The position numbers were made by a program, and so were the translations under genes. From Amoebophrya sp. A120 (Eukaryota; Protista; Dinoflagellata), in the NCBI GenBank assembly GCA_905178155.1, contig CAJINV010000002.1, positions 2,167,216-2,231,215 on the forward strand: DNA of 64,000 bases, in the 5' to 3' direction. Below the pieces are notes generated by a model, which worked only from the letters and a program-made list of their open reading frames with translations, was not told the origin of the DNA and did no database searches. Numbering within the stretch: position 1 is the first letter of the stretch; every line of letters starts with the position of its first letter. Shown in pieces: positions 1 through 14,500 of the stretch.

Positions 1-1606
1 TTGGGTGCACCTCTATTGGTTTTCGATGGTGGAGGGGGTACTTCGCTTAGTGGTCTTGAGAAATTCAAATTGTTGTATGATTGATGAGAGAATGCAGCAA
101 ATGCGGGTTTCGCAAATGCAATCGCAGTAGTTGTACACAATTAACACGACACGCAATCGTTGAAAATGTGACAGTGCCAAACCTGCGGGAAATAAAAATC
201 AGCATGTGCATTTCGAAAATAAAGATAAAGAACTTGTTTAACGTCACATAATGATGCTGTGGTTTGTTGTTCACCAGCTGCACGATTTTCTTCATTTTGC
301 AATCTCACACCTGAGGCAGGAACGACAACGAAATACCCTCGCCGGGCGGCTGACGACCGAAATCTACTACATCAATGCAAGACTACCAAGATGTCCTGTA
401 CGATGAAGCACGAAAAGTAAACCGAAGGGTGAGAAGTGTCGTGTACGACATGAAATCACGAAGAGGCAAAAAACCGATGTGTGGAAAGAAACAAGTGTGT
501 AACTATTTGTCGCACCGACGAAACAAGTCTTCTTGACGACAGACTCACCGAGCAGCAGTAGGTGGACGAGTTCTAAATCTCAACGCACGATGGATACATG
601 ATAAAGTTCAACCTTTTTTTGTCGGACAACTTCTGCCGCGCACGAACCGAATCAAGCGGAGGAAGGGTAACAGAAGAATTGTATTGCCACCGAGATAGAG
701 ATGCACGATAAAAATGCAAGCCTCACTGAAACTTGTGCCCAACCGAATCGCGCGGAGTACAAAAGGCGTTTGTAAAAATAACACACTAGTGCTTGTTGTA
801 CGAGGAACCGACAACATGGTGAAAAAAGCCACACACAGGTCGAGCCATTCTGCTGTAATGCAGTGTAGGCAAATGCATAAAATAAAAATTGATATTTGTT
901 GTCAAAATTACCCTGTTCATTCTTCTGCTTGGAAAAATCGAAGAAATCAGAAGAGTTGTAGATGTGATAGCTTTAGTGGAAACGCAAGTAGTTGTAAGAA
1001 GAAATCGTAGTAAAGATCTCCGAAAAAGAAACCAAATGACTCTGCACGTCCCGAAGAAAATTTTCTTACCCAAATAAGCTAGGCCGAAAGATAAAGACTG
1101 CAACCGGACTAAAACCATACGAATAGGGGAAATACAGCAGAAGTTTAGAGAAATTCAAATTCTGTAGCCGAATCATACCCCATCTCATTTTTCCATTTAA
1201 CACAGCAAAAAACGAAATAAAGAACAGCACTGGAGCGATTTTGCTCCCTGTTGTATCAGCATTGATATCAAGCAAGAGAAGTGCAACACAAGGGAGATGG
1301 AGAATATCATACGTAAATCAATTGTAGGCGATATTTTTTTGGATATTAAAACTACAAGAAATAAAGGGCGAAAAGTCGAGCCAAGATAAAGATTTCATCT
1401 CACTGTGCATATTACGAAAACCTGTTCCGTAGAATATCGTCAATTTGGAAAAGAGCTGAGGAGCCATACTTGACAAAAAGAACGAGCCGCGATAAAGCTA
1501 GTAGAAAAAGAAATTGAAATTGTTTGGAAAAAAACCTGAAGTAACTGTAACCGTCTGAGAAGTATATAGAGTTTAGGTCTACTCATCAAGTTCAAGATCA
1601 ATCTGA

Positions 1607-1885
1607 TATCCTGAGTAAAAACGTACCCACACCAGAGTTGTCATGCGACTTTGCCATGACAGGAACATTTGTGATGCGCAACCCCATGACAGGCATTTTC
1701 AATCGTGTTTGGGAACTTGTAATGCTGTAAACAGGATTAGCAGATCGATTTGTGATGCGGCTTTCCTTGCTACCTTGCACTACCTTACGGACTGAAACTT
1801 GTCATGCGTGACTCACAAAACTCCTAGGTTTGTGTTGCAAAATCCCCATCCTGACTCTGGTGTGGGTACGTTTTTACTCAGGATA
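1607..1885. mobile_element. TIR element family C (TATCCTGAGTAAAAACGTACCCAC), outside any recognisable CDS
   Basis: ~30-bp TIR, TA...TA ends, perfect DR TCTGA (1602-1606/1886-1890); close relative of 49096-49378. Confidence 0.9.
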
Positions 1886-2557
1886 TCTGAATCTCATGCA
1901 TTAGACCGTTGAAAAATTCGAATGAAACTGAAAGAAACGAAAATCATGTGACGAGTAAGCAGGTTGTGATATTTTTAGATTCCAAAATGCGGGGCTGTTC
2001 AAAATTTTTTCCTAGGAGAAACGATGAACTATAAAGAAAGTAAAAAGAAGCTCATCTCGTCGAGTCTATGCCATATTCCATGCAGTAGGAATAACAAAAT
2101 CAAATTCAGTATTGAAATTGCAAAGAACTTTGTGATAGTAACTGTGACAGCCTCCCTTTACAAACAAACTTGATAGAAAAAGACATATATAATATTTTCA
2201 GAAACTCATCAGGTTTTATTTAGGCAAGGATAAGAAGCGGGTTGTAGATGACCTTGGCAAGCCGTCCCGTGTTGCCACAGGTCATATACAAGTTGCAGAA
2301 GCTGAAATATCCTCAAAAAAGCGTCCGGATTTCAGTGCAATCCATCAAATTTGGGTCGAAAACCTCGATTATCTACGTAGGAGAAACAAAAACCTAGAGC
2401 GAAACAAGTAGGCAGTCATCAAAAACAAAACAAAAAAGCCGAGAGCTAAACTCAGAGACCCGGCGTTATACGAGAGATCTCTCTCTTTCGTGGCGATTAT
2501 ACGTAAACTCGCGCGCCTCCTTGGCACCACGACGTCACTCGCCCTCACTCTAAATAA

Positions 2558-5500
2558 TCAATAGTAACTAGTCACCCCTGCACCTCCAGAGTTGATTCCG
2601 CCACCCTGGTGCGCACCACCCACACCAGTACCGAATGACCCGGGGTTATTGTCTACTTGGAAAAGACTGGAGGTCGCTGATCCAGCTGCAGTTGAGGAGC
2701 CTCCGAACATGGCGTTGATATCGGCGGCGTCCTCGTCCATAGTGTTCTCCCCGTACTGCAACTGCGGATCCATCACGGCTGATGCGGCTTGCAGGCCCTG
2801 GTGATGTTGCTCATTCTGCATCATCAGGCTGTTGTCCATCTGGTGCAGAGAAGCTCCACCTTGATGCACCCCAGTGGCAGTACTCAGTGGCGCAAAGTGG
2901 ATAGACGAGCCTGGACCAGTAGCCGAATGCTGATTATTTGTTACTGCATTTATTTCCGAGGAGCCCAAGTTGAAAGTCGACTCTCCTTCTGCATTGCCGC
3001 TGCTACAATGAATACTGGATGATGTAGGAGCAAAACTGCTCGAATTTCCATAGCCACTGAAACTATTGTGGTGCTGCTGTTGGTTCTCTTCAACTGTAAT
3101 CGAGCGGCCAGAAATAAGTCCGCCACCGCAGTTCAGGCCGTTGTTGTAATGCGCGGCTGTTGATGACCCGGGATAGTGTTGCTGGTGGTTCTGATACTGA
3201 TTAATACTAGAAGCATAGGCGTACGATGCGTACGCAGCATCACCTAAGGAAGCTGTACTATTGTGCTCGTTAGCATATGCGGAAGGTCCTCCGTATGCGT
3301 TCATGCTGATTCCATTGGGTTCCTCAAGATACGCTGACCCAACACCGGCGAGGTGCTGATTTTCCTTGTTGCGCATTTGCTGTTCTTGCTGTCCTTGATA
3401 GTGCCCACCAGAGCTGGGATTATAGACACCTCCGGAGGTCGTATGTCCTCCAGGATACGACGGCTGCTGGTATTGATGTTGAGGAGCATATTGGTAACTA
3501 TCTGTCGATGTCGTCCCAGTATTGCTGTAGTAGTTCATTTGCAGTTCGGCAGTCGACGGCGTGTTGGTCGATCCAGTCGTACTGCACTTATCTTGCAGCA
3601 CCGGGGTGGCTAGAATCGTGTTGTTGAAAGAAATACCACCAGCTGCACGAGGAGCCACTCCGGTAGACGTAGAAGAGGTGGTTGCACAACTCGGCTGGTT
3701 GATCAAGTTCATCAGGTTGGTATTTAGAGCTGCGGTCGTTCCAGGAGTTGCACCAGTCTGATGCTTCTGTTGCGTAGTTGTGCTCGTCGTACTCAATAAT
3801 GGATTCACACCGGCTGCTGTAGTAGTTCCCTTGCTAACTACTACACTTTCTGCCGCGGGAGGCGGGACCATCGTAGGTCCCACAGAACTTTTGTTCATCA
3901 TTTTCATCGCAGGTCCAGGAGCTGCACCATGATCGTTGCCGCGAGCTGCACCAACGTTCTTGTTTCCCGCCACGGAGATCGCGGACCCGGCACTGCTTCC
4001 GCTCACTTGCCTTGTTATGACAGAAGCGCCAGAAGTGGGAAGCACCGGCGCGGGGGGGTGTGGTACCTTAGAAGTTGCGGCTTTGATGTTCGATACTGGT
4101 GCTGCTGCCGACACAGGCGCAGCACTGGTTCTTGCACGACTAGCATGATCACCTTGTTGTAGTTGTGGCTTCTTGCTGGTTCCTGCTAGCAGTACATCAT
4201 TCGCTGTTCCTTTGTTTCCACTTGTTTCCGCCGCAACCAAGCTTGGGCTTGGACCGAGCAAGTTGGGAGGCGGTGGCGGAACACGACTGCTCCTTGGGGG
4301 TGGTACGACAACCGTGGACTGCTCGTCCTTCTCCTTCGCCGCTCCTGCCGAATCAGTCTTGTTTATTCCTTCCTTGCCGAACGTGGTAGTATGATCACCC
4401 CCGCCAACATCGTTCCTCGTAGAACTGGTACAACCTCCAAGAAGAGCCAAGGCGTTCAACTTCCGTTCCGTAGCGGACTTCGTGGTTGAGTCCTTGTCCA
4501 GGTTGTCCAGGAGCATACTCACCGGCGAATCAAAGTCGTCCGGGCCGGTGTAAGGAATCTGCAACAAACCGTGGGGGTCGTGTGGCCGGTTATTCATATT
4601 TTGCTGCGGTGGTCGGGGCGGGATGGTCAATGCCCCCGGGGTTGAAGAAGTTGTGTGATTAATTACGTGGTGCCCCGGCGCGGGAACCGCGGGCGGAGGA
4701 ATGTTATAGGAGTTTGGGTTGGTGTAACGGTTGCGCACCGGGGGCGGAGGGATGTTGTAGCCCTGACCTGTAGTATTCCTTTTGAATTCTCGCGTGATCT
4801 TCATCTTGTGTGTAAGTTGTTTCTGGCTCGTACTGATTGTAGCACTGGTGATGTGCGAGACAGAGAATTCATTCGTACATCGAACGCGTTTCACAACGCT
4901 GTGTCGTGTGAAAATTCTATGTATGCATGAAAAAACAATTATACCCGTAAGAACGCCCGCTGCCTGGTGCTGGTGGGCCGGCGTCGTTGTACAGGTTTTA
5001 GAATTCATATTCATTAGATTTAATTTATAATTTTGGTGTGAAGTAGGAGCTGCAGTGGTGTAATTGAAGCTGCCGCCACGCAGGGGCGCAGCAGCTGTCC
5101 GTTGGGAATGTGACGCTGACGCGGAAGGTGTGTTCAAGACAGATGATGTCGCTCCTTGCGCCTGTGACTGTGCTCCTTGATACGGATTACTGTAGCCTGT
5201 GTTGTAGTCGTTGTAACAAGGTGGTCTACTGTATTGGTTGTTGCCGTAGCTGCCGGACGTAGAAACCGCACCGGCATTTGTGTTCGCCATGTTACTCAGG
5301 CGGAAAGAGGTAGCGGCACTACTCCCACCTCCTGACTGCGCGGAAGTAGACCCAGCGGCGCCGCAGACACCTCCTTCGGCTGCAGAATTATTGTTCGCTG
5401 CATTGTGATGAAAATGTGTGTTCCCACCGGTACCGGTAGCAGAGCCTTGAACTTGTTGCTGCTGGTAGCTGTGTTGCTGAAACTCGTCATGTTCTACTTG

Positions 5501-8500
5501 ATGATACGAACTATTGTTGTTTGCTTGATAGTGGTGACCTGTCTGATAGGACGCTCCCGCCGTGCATGAAGGTCCCGGGATGTAACTGTATCCCGAGATT
5601 GTGCAGCCCGTGTTCATTCCGGCGCTCCGGATCATTCCAGCAGGAGCGCCAGCGTTACAACCAAAACTGCTGTCGTAGTTAGAGTTGTTCCCACGAAAAA
5701 AAGAAGAGCTACCAAGACCACCCTGGTCGTGCTCATGCCGCGCCGGTCCGCTGTTGAAGTTTCGACTTGTAGACCCCCCGTTGCTTGAGTGGTTGTAGCA
5801 AGAGGACGACCCCCCGTCCGGAGCAGCTGTGTAGTTGTTGTAACTGCTAGTGTTGTAGAAAGAAGCGCCAGGAGCGCCAGCTCCAGCGTTGTTGGTCGTT
5901 GATGCAGCTCCCGTATTGATGTTCTGATACGCGGAAGGCCCCCCAAAAGTAGAAGATGACCCACTGTCGTAACACGAACCACCAGCGGCCGAAGAAGCAA
6001 ATCCGCCTTCGCTGCTGTAATTTGTTGAAGAGGAGTTGAAATAACTATTGGTGTTGCCAGCTGCAGGAGCCCCCGTGCCGGAAAATGAGCAGTGCGCTTG
6101 TTGCCCGAAAGAATTATTTCTGCTGGCATAAGATGAATCGTAAGAACCCATGGTAGTTGATCTGTTTGGCATCGGTGGTCCACCCCCTCCATTGTGGTAC
6201 GAAGATCCCCTAGCCTCAGCTCCATACGTGGAAGCAAGACCACCTCCGTTGCCGGCGTAAAACGACTGCGCGGAGGAAGAGGTGGCGTCTGAGTTGCTGG
6301 TGTTAAACACGCCTGTACCAGCGCCCAAAGCTGGTCGCGGGACACCAGCCGAGGACGTGTTTTGATTGCTGTAAGACGCCGAGGAGGTGGCACCTCCGGT
6401 CGACGCCGCAAGACCAGCTCCTCCTGCCCCGGTGTTGTCACAGCTCCTCCCCCCGGCAGCTCCCATAACAGCTGCAGTTGTACTAGAGGACGGGCCCGAC
6501 ATACTGAAAGACCGTGCTGATGTCGAGGCAACTCCAAAACTACTGCTGTTGCTGCTGCTGTTATACGCGCCATTAAGATTAACTCCACCTGAACAACTCG
6601 CATTAATTTTCATCATCGCGTGCTGTTGTGTACCGGTAGTAGCTTGTCCACTCACATTTATTTTCGGCGGCGGTGGGTAGTTGTATTGTGCGTTGTGACT
6701 GGTGTAAAACGTGTTACCACCTCCACCCCCCTTACTGTTCCCGCCATTCTTCATCTCCCCCGGCTGCGGCACGGGTTTCGCAGCGGGGGGCGGATTCACG
6801 TTGTACCGCTGCAGAATGTCTTCCCGCTCCTTTTCACTCACCGGCCGCTATCAACTGCAAAAATGTCTGGGTCTGGAAGATTTCTAGATTTGTCATGCAT
6901 ATTTTCCATAAGCTATGATGTCTGTGATGCATGCCGTAGCATCACAGATTTTTAGAGGGCTTTGTGATACCTCTACCGCATGAGAAATGCCCTCTCCGCG
7001 TAGGACAAACCCGACCCCTCTTGCTGGTCATGCAATACAAATTTTTATTTTTTTAGAATCCACAGACAGCATCACAAGTTGTAACCTTCCAGACCCAGAC
7101 ATTTTTGCAGTTGATAGCCGCTTCCCGTGGTCAATGTTCCACGCGTTTTGGTCCGCGTAAATCTTCGGCGTCGTCGGTTCGACGCCTGCAAACAGTGTGC
7201 CGCCGGTCGTGGTTCCGTAGTACGAGTTTGTCCCGTAGTAGCTGTTGTAGCCGTTGGAGGAACTGTAGTAAAAACTGTCGCGGTGGTGCTGGCAGGATGA
7301 ACCTCCGCCTGGGAGTCCCGCAACGTTCAGCGCACCCCCGCTCGTACTGCTTCCGAAGTTCCAGTACCCGCAGGCCTGCAACACCGAATTCGCGTAGACC
7401 TCTCCAGGGAAGTTATTCCCTGAAAATTAACCATCCCCATCCACTTTTTGCATGACAAGGAGCACAGACTTTCACTTTACTACATGTTTTGCATGACAAA
7501 TTGGATGGGAATGGTTAATTTTCAGGGAATAGAAATACCGTGGCTCCTCCACATCTTGAAACACTTCGTTCACCAGGATCGTGTATCACAAGAAAAAGTG
7601 TTAGCGTTAACGGTTTTCAAAGATTACAGTCATGCATGACAAATGTTAATCATGTAGCCCAATATGCATGCTATGCATGACAAATTCTGGCGCGTTTTGT
7701 GATGCAAATGCAATGTCGCATCACAAATTCCGTTAACGCTAACACTTGTTCCTGTGATATCGTGTTCGTCTTTTCCATGCTGCCAATCGCCCACTTGACG
7801 AAGTCCACGTCGGTTTGGAAGTGCTTGGTCGGGAACAGCAGAAAGGGCCGGCTGTTGAAAGTCGAATTGTCGGCGATCAAATCGTAGGAATTAAAACGGT
7901 TGTGCGAGAACTGGGTCGTCGACGACGTTATGGAAGTGTCAGAATCGAAATTGACAAAATCGAAATGACTTGTCATGCATAAAATGGATTCCAGTTCGAG
8001 CCCAGTTTCTAAGTAGCGCATGACAAATTCTGGCGGTGCCTAAATCCAGTTTGTAACGCTGCTTAGGTAAAGAAGACTGATTCTCTAAAGCAGCTCGAGC
8101 TATAACCCCAAACAGGCTTACACTCGGCCTCACTTGCCTGCTCTGCAACACACGTATTTCGCGTCATGCATTTCATGCATTACAAGTTTTTCGATTTCGT
8201 TAATTTCGATTCTGACACTTCCCTAGACGTGTAGTAATCGTTATTCGACGAAGTACTAGCTCCTGGTCCACCACCCGTGTGCTGAGACAACAGCACGTCG
8301 TCGGCGCTGTAAAAACGGGAAGAACTACTGTTGTGATGCGGGTCGTTGCTGTGGGCGGGAAGTACATGCAGACCGGACGAAACAGCTTCTTCCTCTGCAC
8401 CATCGTCAGCGCCGGCTGTAGTTCCTGATGAACAGCTGCCCGCGGTAAGACTCACACTGCCTAGAGGCAATAAGGACGGTTGTTTCTTATCCGTGTCTTG

Positions 8501-11500
8501 TTTATTTCCACCCGCCAGGGCGGCGGATGCTTCAGGAGCGCAGCCAGCAGAAGATTCTTTAGCAGCATAGGATTTTGACGAAGGAGCAGCGGAATTATGA
8601 TCCTGGTTAACTGCAGCTGCATCCACCTCAGTTGTTGCACCACCGCGACGACCCTCCTCTGTCGACGTCTCCAACGGTGGCGCTCGTAGTGCGCAGTTCT
8701 CTGCCGTCGCAGTACTCAAGCCCGTGGTCTCCTCTAAAATTTGTCGGCATTTCTGCACCGTGGTGGATATCACACTGGAGATGATACTGGTACTAGTGCT
8801 TAAGCCCGATGCAGCGGTGCTGCCCGCGGCTGGGAGAGAAGAAGGACCAGTCGCGTTGCCGCTGCCAGTACCTACATCATCTTGGACTAGACCCGTTGCG
8901 GGGCGGTTATTGTCTACTTCCAAAGTAAGATCTCCTCCTGCTCTACGCGACTCTTCCGTGCTGGTTCTGCTCTCGGTAGTGCCAGTCACCGTCTTAGCAT
9001 TTTTCACCTCAGCCTCGCTCTCGCATGAAGAAGATCCCCCTGCTGCTTTGCCCAAAATTATAGCCTGATCTGCTGCAGCTGAAGTCGTGGCACCTCCACC
9101 AGAGCAGAGTGCAACCCGTTCGACTTCCCCGGTAGATCTCGCTTCACCTTGTGCTGGTACGGCTCCAGCTCCTGGTCGTTGCAATAGTACACCGCTAGTG
9201 TTGCCTGCTTCGCTATTTTTCCCGGAAACAGAAACCACGTCATGATCAACCCGCTGGATCCGGTAATTGTCGACAGCCGGCGGATATGCATTGCAAAAGT
9301 GTCGTACCTCCTATTCGTAGTTATCGCATTCTCATGCAGCATCTCCTTCTTAAGGTTAAGGTCCATCCAAATTACAAATTCCATTTCTTCTCACGCTGAG
9401 CTAATTTGCAATGCGATTCCTACCTTAGTACGATGTTTTTGCACAGCATAGTGGACCACGGCCAGCACCGTAGCATTGCTGCAAATGCCGGCCCGTCGCA
9501 GCAGGATCAACAAAGGCAGTAGAGCCGGAGGCAACTGCAGTAGTGCCGCTGTTGTAGTCAGAAGATGAGCCATGATACAACCCTCCTGCGCCATGATACG
9601 AAGGACCTCCTCCAGAGGAGGCATAGTACCCGTAAGTATTGGTGTAGCCGTAATTATCGTAGTAGTCGTAATCCAAATTTTCAAAGTAATCCTCCACAAT
9701 TGCTCCAAACAAGTCCTCCTCCGTCCGTTCGATCGGGTCTAATTTGTTCAAAAAATTGATCTCCTCACTAAAATGGTCGGTAAGCGGCAGTAGAACCTCG
9801 TTGTTCGATTCCGAGTAAAAAGTCGCGGGACGGGCCGGACAGGAAAACGAACGGATTTTGCTACTAGCTGTACGTCCTCGCAGCTTCTTCTTCACAACTT
9901 TCTTGTCTTCTGCAGAAGTTGTGGTGGTGTTGTTCTTCTTTTCACCGGCTAGAATTTCAACCTCTTGCAGCTGTGCAGCTGTAATATCGTCTTCAGTTTC
10001 CTCATCTGCAGCTGGACGATCAGCTACACCCAGGTCCTGCTGCTTCATCTCGTCGGCGGCTTCTTTGTTGTCCAGATCCGGCGTGGGTTGGTTCAGCTCG
10101 CTCTTCTATGAAAGTGCACAACTCCCCCTCCCCCTCATTTGTAATGCAAAATCCCAAATCCAGTCGCTGCCTTGTGGCACTGTTTACATGACAAATTCCG
10201 AAAGCACAAACAGTACTACACTAGGCACATAAATTTGTCACGCACAGGCTCCATTTGTGCTGGTGTTTGTATTGCTGCTCATGCAATACAAATGAGGGGG
10301 AGGGGGAATTGTGCACTTTCATATCTTCGCACTACAACTCACCGTGAACACAGCAGCCGTAGGAAGGATCGCGTTCGGCTCGTTCTGGTCCAGAGGGGTC
10401 ATGTCATCGTCAATCGCCATGCCCAGGAAAGCCAAAGCCCGTTTCTTCCGATCTCGCGCAGCCTTCGCGAGCGCCTTGGCTTGGAGAGCTGCTTCCGCTG
10501 CAGCTGCTTCTTCCTCTCCGATCTGATTTTTTTGGGAAGATTTTTGTTCCACTTCGGTTAGCTTCGAGGAGGAAGTTTCTGGCTCCCGTTCCTCACCGGT
10601 AGTTGCCGTTTTCGTGTCGGGTTCTACATTCAGGTCTGCTTTATCTGTTTCTGCACTACCTCCAGCCGACATGGCCGGACCAGCGGTCGCAGTTTTCTCT
10701 TCACCAACAGTTGCATCGGGCGAGGCTTGTTTCACCCCTGTAGCTGCTCCAGTGTCGGCTTGTTCTAATGTGGTCGTTAGATGTTGGTCCTCCTGGTCCT
10801 CGTCCACTCCGCTAGAAGTCGTACTGCTTGCTCTGGAAAAAAGATTCATTTTACCAGCTGCTTTTGACTTACTGTTACTTCCTCCCCCCGCTTTCGTGTT
10901 CTGGATTTGCCTCAAGAAACTGGTTATCAAGTGCAAAAATGTAGTCTGGGTCTGGAAGAATGCAAGTTTGTCATGCTTGTCTCACATGACTCTTGAATTT
11001 GTCATGCACATTTTACCCAAGAGCCCCACTTTTCATTCTGTCATGCAGAAACGCAGTTTGTCATGCAGAATAGGCAATACCTAGAAGCTCAGAAACTTGT
11101 CGTGCTGAGCCAGCACTTCTGGACTCCTCTCTCATGATACGCCACCCAGCATTACAAGTTTCCAGACCCAGACATTTTTGCATTTGATACTGGTTAATTC
11201 CACCAACTCAATGCGAACCTCCATGTGCTGCTTGCATTCCGGGTCCATTTTTTGATAAGCCTCAACGTTAGTAGAATTTGCGGCCGCTGTACTAGAAGTT
11301 GTACTTGTAGCTGTAGTAGTACCCGGGTTCTTGTTAGAATAACTTCCTTGATGTGGCGGACCAGTCAAAGAGAAGGCTTTATTTGCAGCCGGATGGTGAT
11401 TGTATGCCGGATAATTCTGGAACTGGTTGTAACCTGAAGAAGCCTTTCGAAAGTTCGATGTTCCGCCAAGTTCAAAATTTTCCGTTGCCCCTTGTTCCGG

Positions 11501-14500
11501 CGCAACATTGTCGTCCAAACTACTACTACCTCCCGCGGCCACATTGTCGTGCAGCTTATTTTCCATCTCCAATTCTCGCATTTTCTTCAGCAAGCAGTCA
11601 TGAATCTTCATTAAACCCTTGTTCGCGAACCCCTTCGGATTGTACCTCTTCACCGGGATTTTCGTGACCAGAGAAATGGAGTTTTCCGTCTCGACAACGC
11701 TGTAGTGCTTTTCCTGCTTGGTAGAAGTACTGTTGGTCCAAGTACTATTGTGCTGCAGCTGCTGCGGTCCACCTCGGCTGTTGTGGATATTACTTTCCTG
11801 CTTATGATCCTTTTCGCCAAAAAAACCGTTACAGAAACTACCGTTGTGCAACTTGTGCCGGGACGAGTAGTGTAAAATTTCCCTTCCATGTAGTTGCCCG
11901 CCAAAGCTACCGAAATTCGACGCAAAACTGTTGTTCGTTCCATTCCCCGAGCCGACACCGGAATTACAGCGGGCCAGTTGCGCAAATTCGTCAATATCTT
12001 CCGCGGATGGTTGTTCTCCTTCTTGACAAGAACTTCCGGCTTTGTTGTTGGTATCAAGAAGATTTTTGCTGTTCAAGATTTGTTTCCATTTCTCCTGCAA
12101 CTGTAAATCTTCTTTCTGCGCTAGCAACTCCGGCAACTGAAAGTTCATCAGTCGCACCCCGGCGGGCAGCGGTTTATTTTCACTTCCGGGCTTCGCCAAG
12201 TATTCCGAGACGTTCACCATCTCGAAGCCGTCTGGCGTGGGACAGAAAATCACGGCGGGAGTTTTTGGCATATTCATGTCGTCTTCACCAGAACTGTTTG
12301 TTTTACTTGCCGAGGAGGTGATACTAGAACTTGTGGAGGTTCGGGCGGCCAGTTCTTGGTTTTGGTTTTCTTCTTCAACATCGAACGGTTCGTGGTTTAG
12401 TTCATCAATAACATTCTTTTTTCCATCGTCGCTCTTCCCCCCACCAGCCTCGGTTATTTCCTCAAGAGGAGAAGCTGACGCGGAAACGGACAGGTCTTCG
12501 TCTGCTCCACCAACTGTGGTTGCTTTCGAAGCTTTTCTGCTGCATGGTTTATTAATACTTTCATCCTGTAGTTCTTCCCGCGCAACTGCAGTAGAAGCGT
12601 CTTCTTTATCTTTACTGCTTCCATTGCTACGTTGCTCGCCACAACACTCCAACATTCTACTACTTTCCGCCGCAGCCGCCACCGCTGCGGACTCAAAAAT
12701 TTTCTCCACGACCGCATCCACCTGTTCCCGCACCACAGCCCCTTCGATCACACTGCTCGTCACCGCCTCGACCTCTTTGTTAAAATTCAAATTCTTTTCT
12801 TTGATCAAATTCAGTTCTTTTTCCTCATCCTTCTCGAGAATTTCAAAGGACTTCAGCAGCTCTTTGATCACCTGGTCCAGCAGCCATTTCTTATCCCGAA
12901 TCGTTTTCTTTTTGAGTTTCGGTGCAGAAGATGTAGTAGTTGTTCTTGTACTAGTGGCCGCTTCCTCGTTCAGCTTTGCGCCAGTAGTGCCTCCCGCCGC
13001 GTCTGCAGCTGCATCAGAGGTCTGGAGCTGCTGCTCGACATGAACAACTTCATCAGGAGCCTCCTCCTCTTCAAAGGCAGGCAAAAACGCGATGGTACGC
13101 CCTTCCAGTAGCAACCCCAAATCCGACTCGTTGGTCTTGTTTGTAGTTTTTGGCTCGTAGTTTTTAGAAGTACAAATCTCGCCGTCAGTCATTTTCCGCT
13201 CCTCATTGGGCGAACTGTTCTGGTCGTCGCTTGCTTTTGCCGAAACATCTTCATCACCTCGAGCTGTGTCTTCTGCTGCACCATCAGATTTTTGATTCCC
13301 GGCTTTGCTTTTGACACCGTTTGTGGTGCTGCTTATGTCCTCATTTATTTCATCCACAGTTGTTGTTTCATCCGCCTCCCTTTCCTTCACTTCTACGCCA
13401 CAGCTACCGAAAGATATCTCCATCTGATTCAGCTGCTCCAAACAGAGTTGTAGCTCCAAAAACGAGCTGACAAACGGAATTTTCACCGTCGGGATCTTGT
13501 TGCTAATCACCTGGTGCTGGTTCGGGTGATTTTGGTGCTGGTGATAGTTCGAATAGTTGTTACAAGAACTACCGGTCGAGGACGACGTATTTGCGTTGTT
13601 CGATGTAGATGATGTTCCCGTACCAGCAGTACCAGTGTTGTTAAAAAACCCGTTTGCATTCGCGCCGTTGCTGTAAGAGCCGTTGCCGTTAGTACTGTAG
13701 TTCCAGTTCGCGGCGTTGTAGTTCGAATTGTAAAACTGCCCCTTGTAAAACAACAAATTCGCAAACAGACCCTGGATTTTGGCTGGTTGTAAGTGGCTAT
13801 AAAATGTAAAAATGTCTGGGTCTGGAAGACTGCGCGATTTGTCATGCAGCTTTTCCATGACCCATGAGGTCTCGTCTGGAATGCAGGGCCTAGCATGACA
13901 GATTCTGCGCGATCTTTCTCATGCCTATCCTGTATGAGAAACTGCCTCCCGACTTGGTCAAAACTGGAAGACTTTTGGTAATCATGCAACACAGATTTTT
14001 GCATGCTTCAGACTTAGCATGACAAGTTGCATTCTTCCAGACCCAGACATTTTTACATTTGATAGTGGCAACACTTTTTCGATTCCGACCCCGGGAGGCG
14101 TTTACCTTTGTGTAGTTTGTGATGCAGTGCATGCATTTTGTTTTTGTAGAATGCAGCTCACATGCAAAACAAGCATAAGATTCGGATTCCATTCACAAAA
14201 AAGCACCACGACATAACGACTCACCGTGTAGTGCCGCCTTCAACAACGCCGAGTCTTTTTTGTCCACCAGGTTTAAAAACCCGTAGCCCCGGTTAGCCGC
14301 TTTTTTGTTCCGCAGCCGGACGTCCATGGGAAGGTAGAAGAAATTGTACTTGTTTTCGAGACCAAACTCGTAGTCCAGAATCGAACGGAGCTCTTCCTGC
14401 CGAAAGCGGCACGGCAAATCGCGAATCATCCACGTGTGCACGTCGGGATCTAAGGTAAGGTCATTTGATTTTTGATGAAACTTTGTATTGCAGAAGCAGA

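Noticed and set aside
1-1600. Short ORFs at the window start
   Set aside because: AT-rich, no recognisable domain or consistent exon chain; left unannotated.
14106-14224. GT-AG intron containing one TTGTGATGC motif, possibly a converted element
   Set aside because: No TIR or 5-bp repeat; a single motif is compatible with chance.
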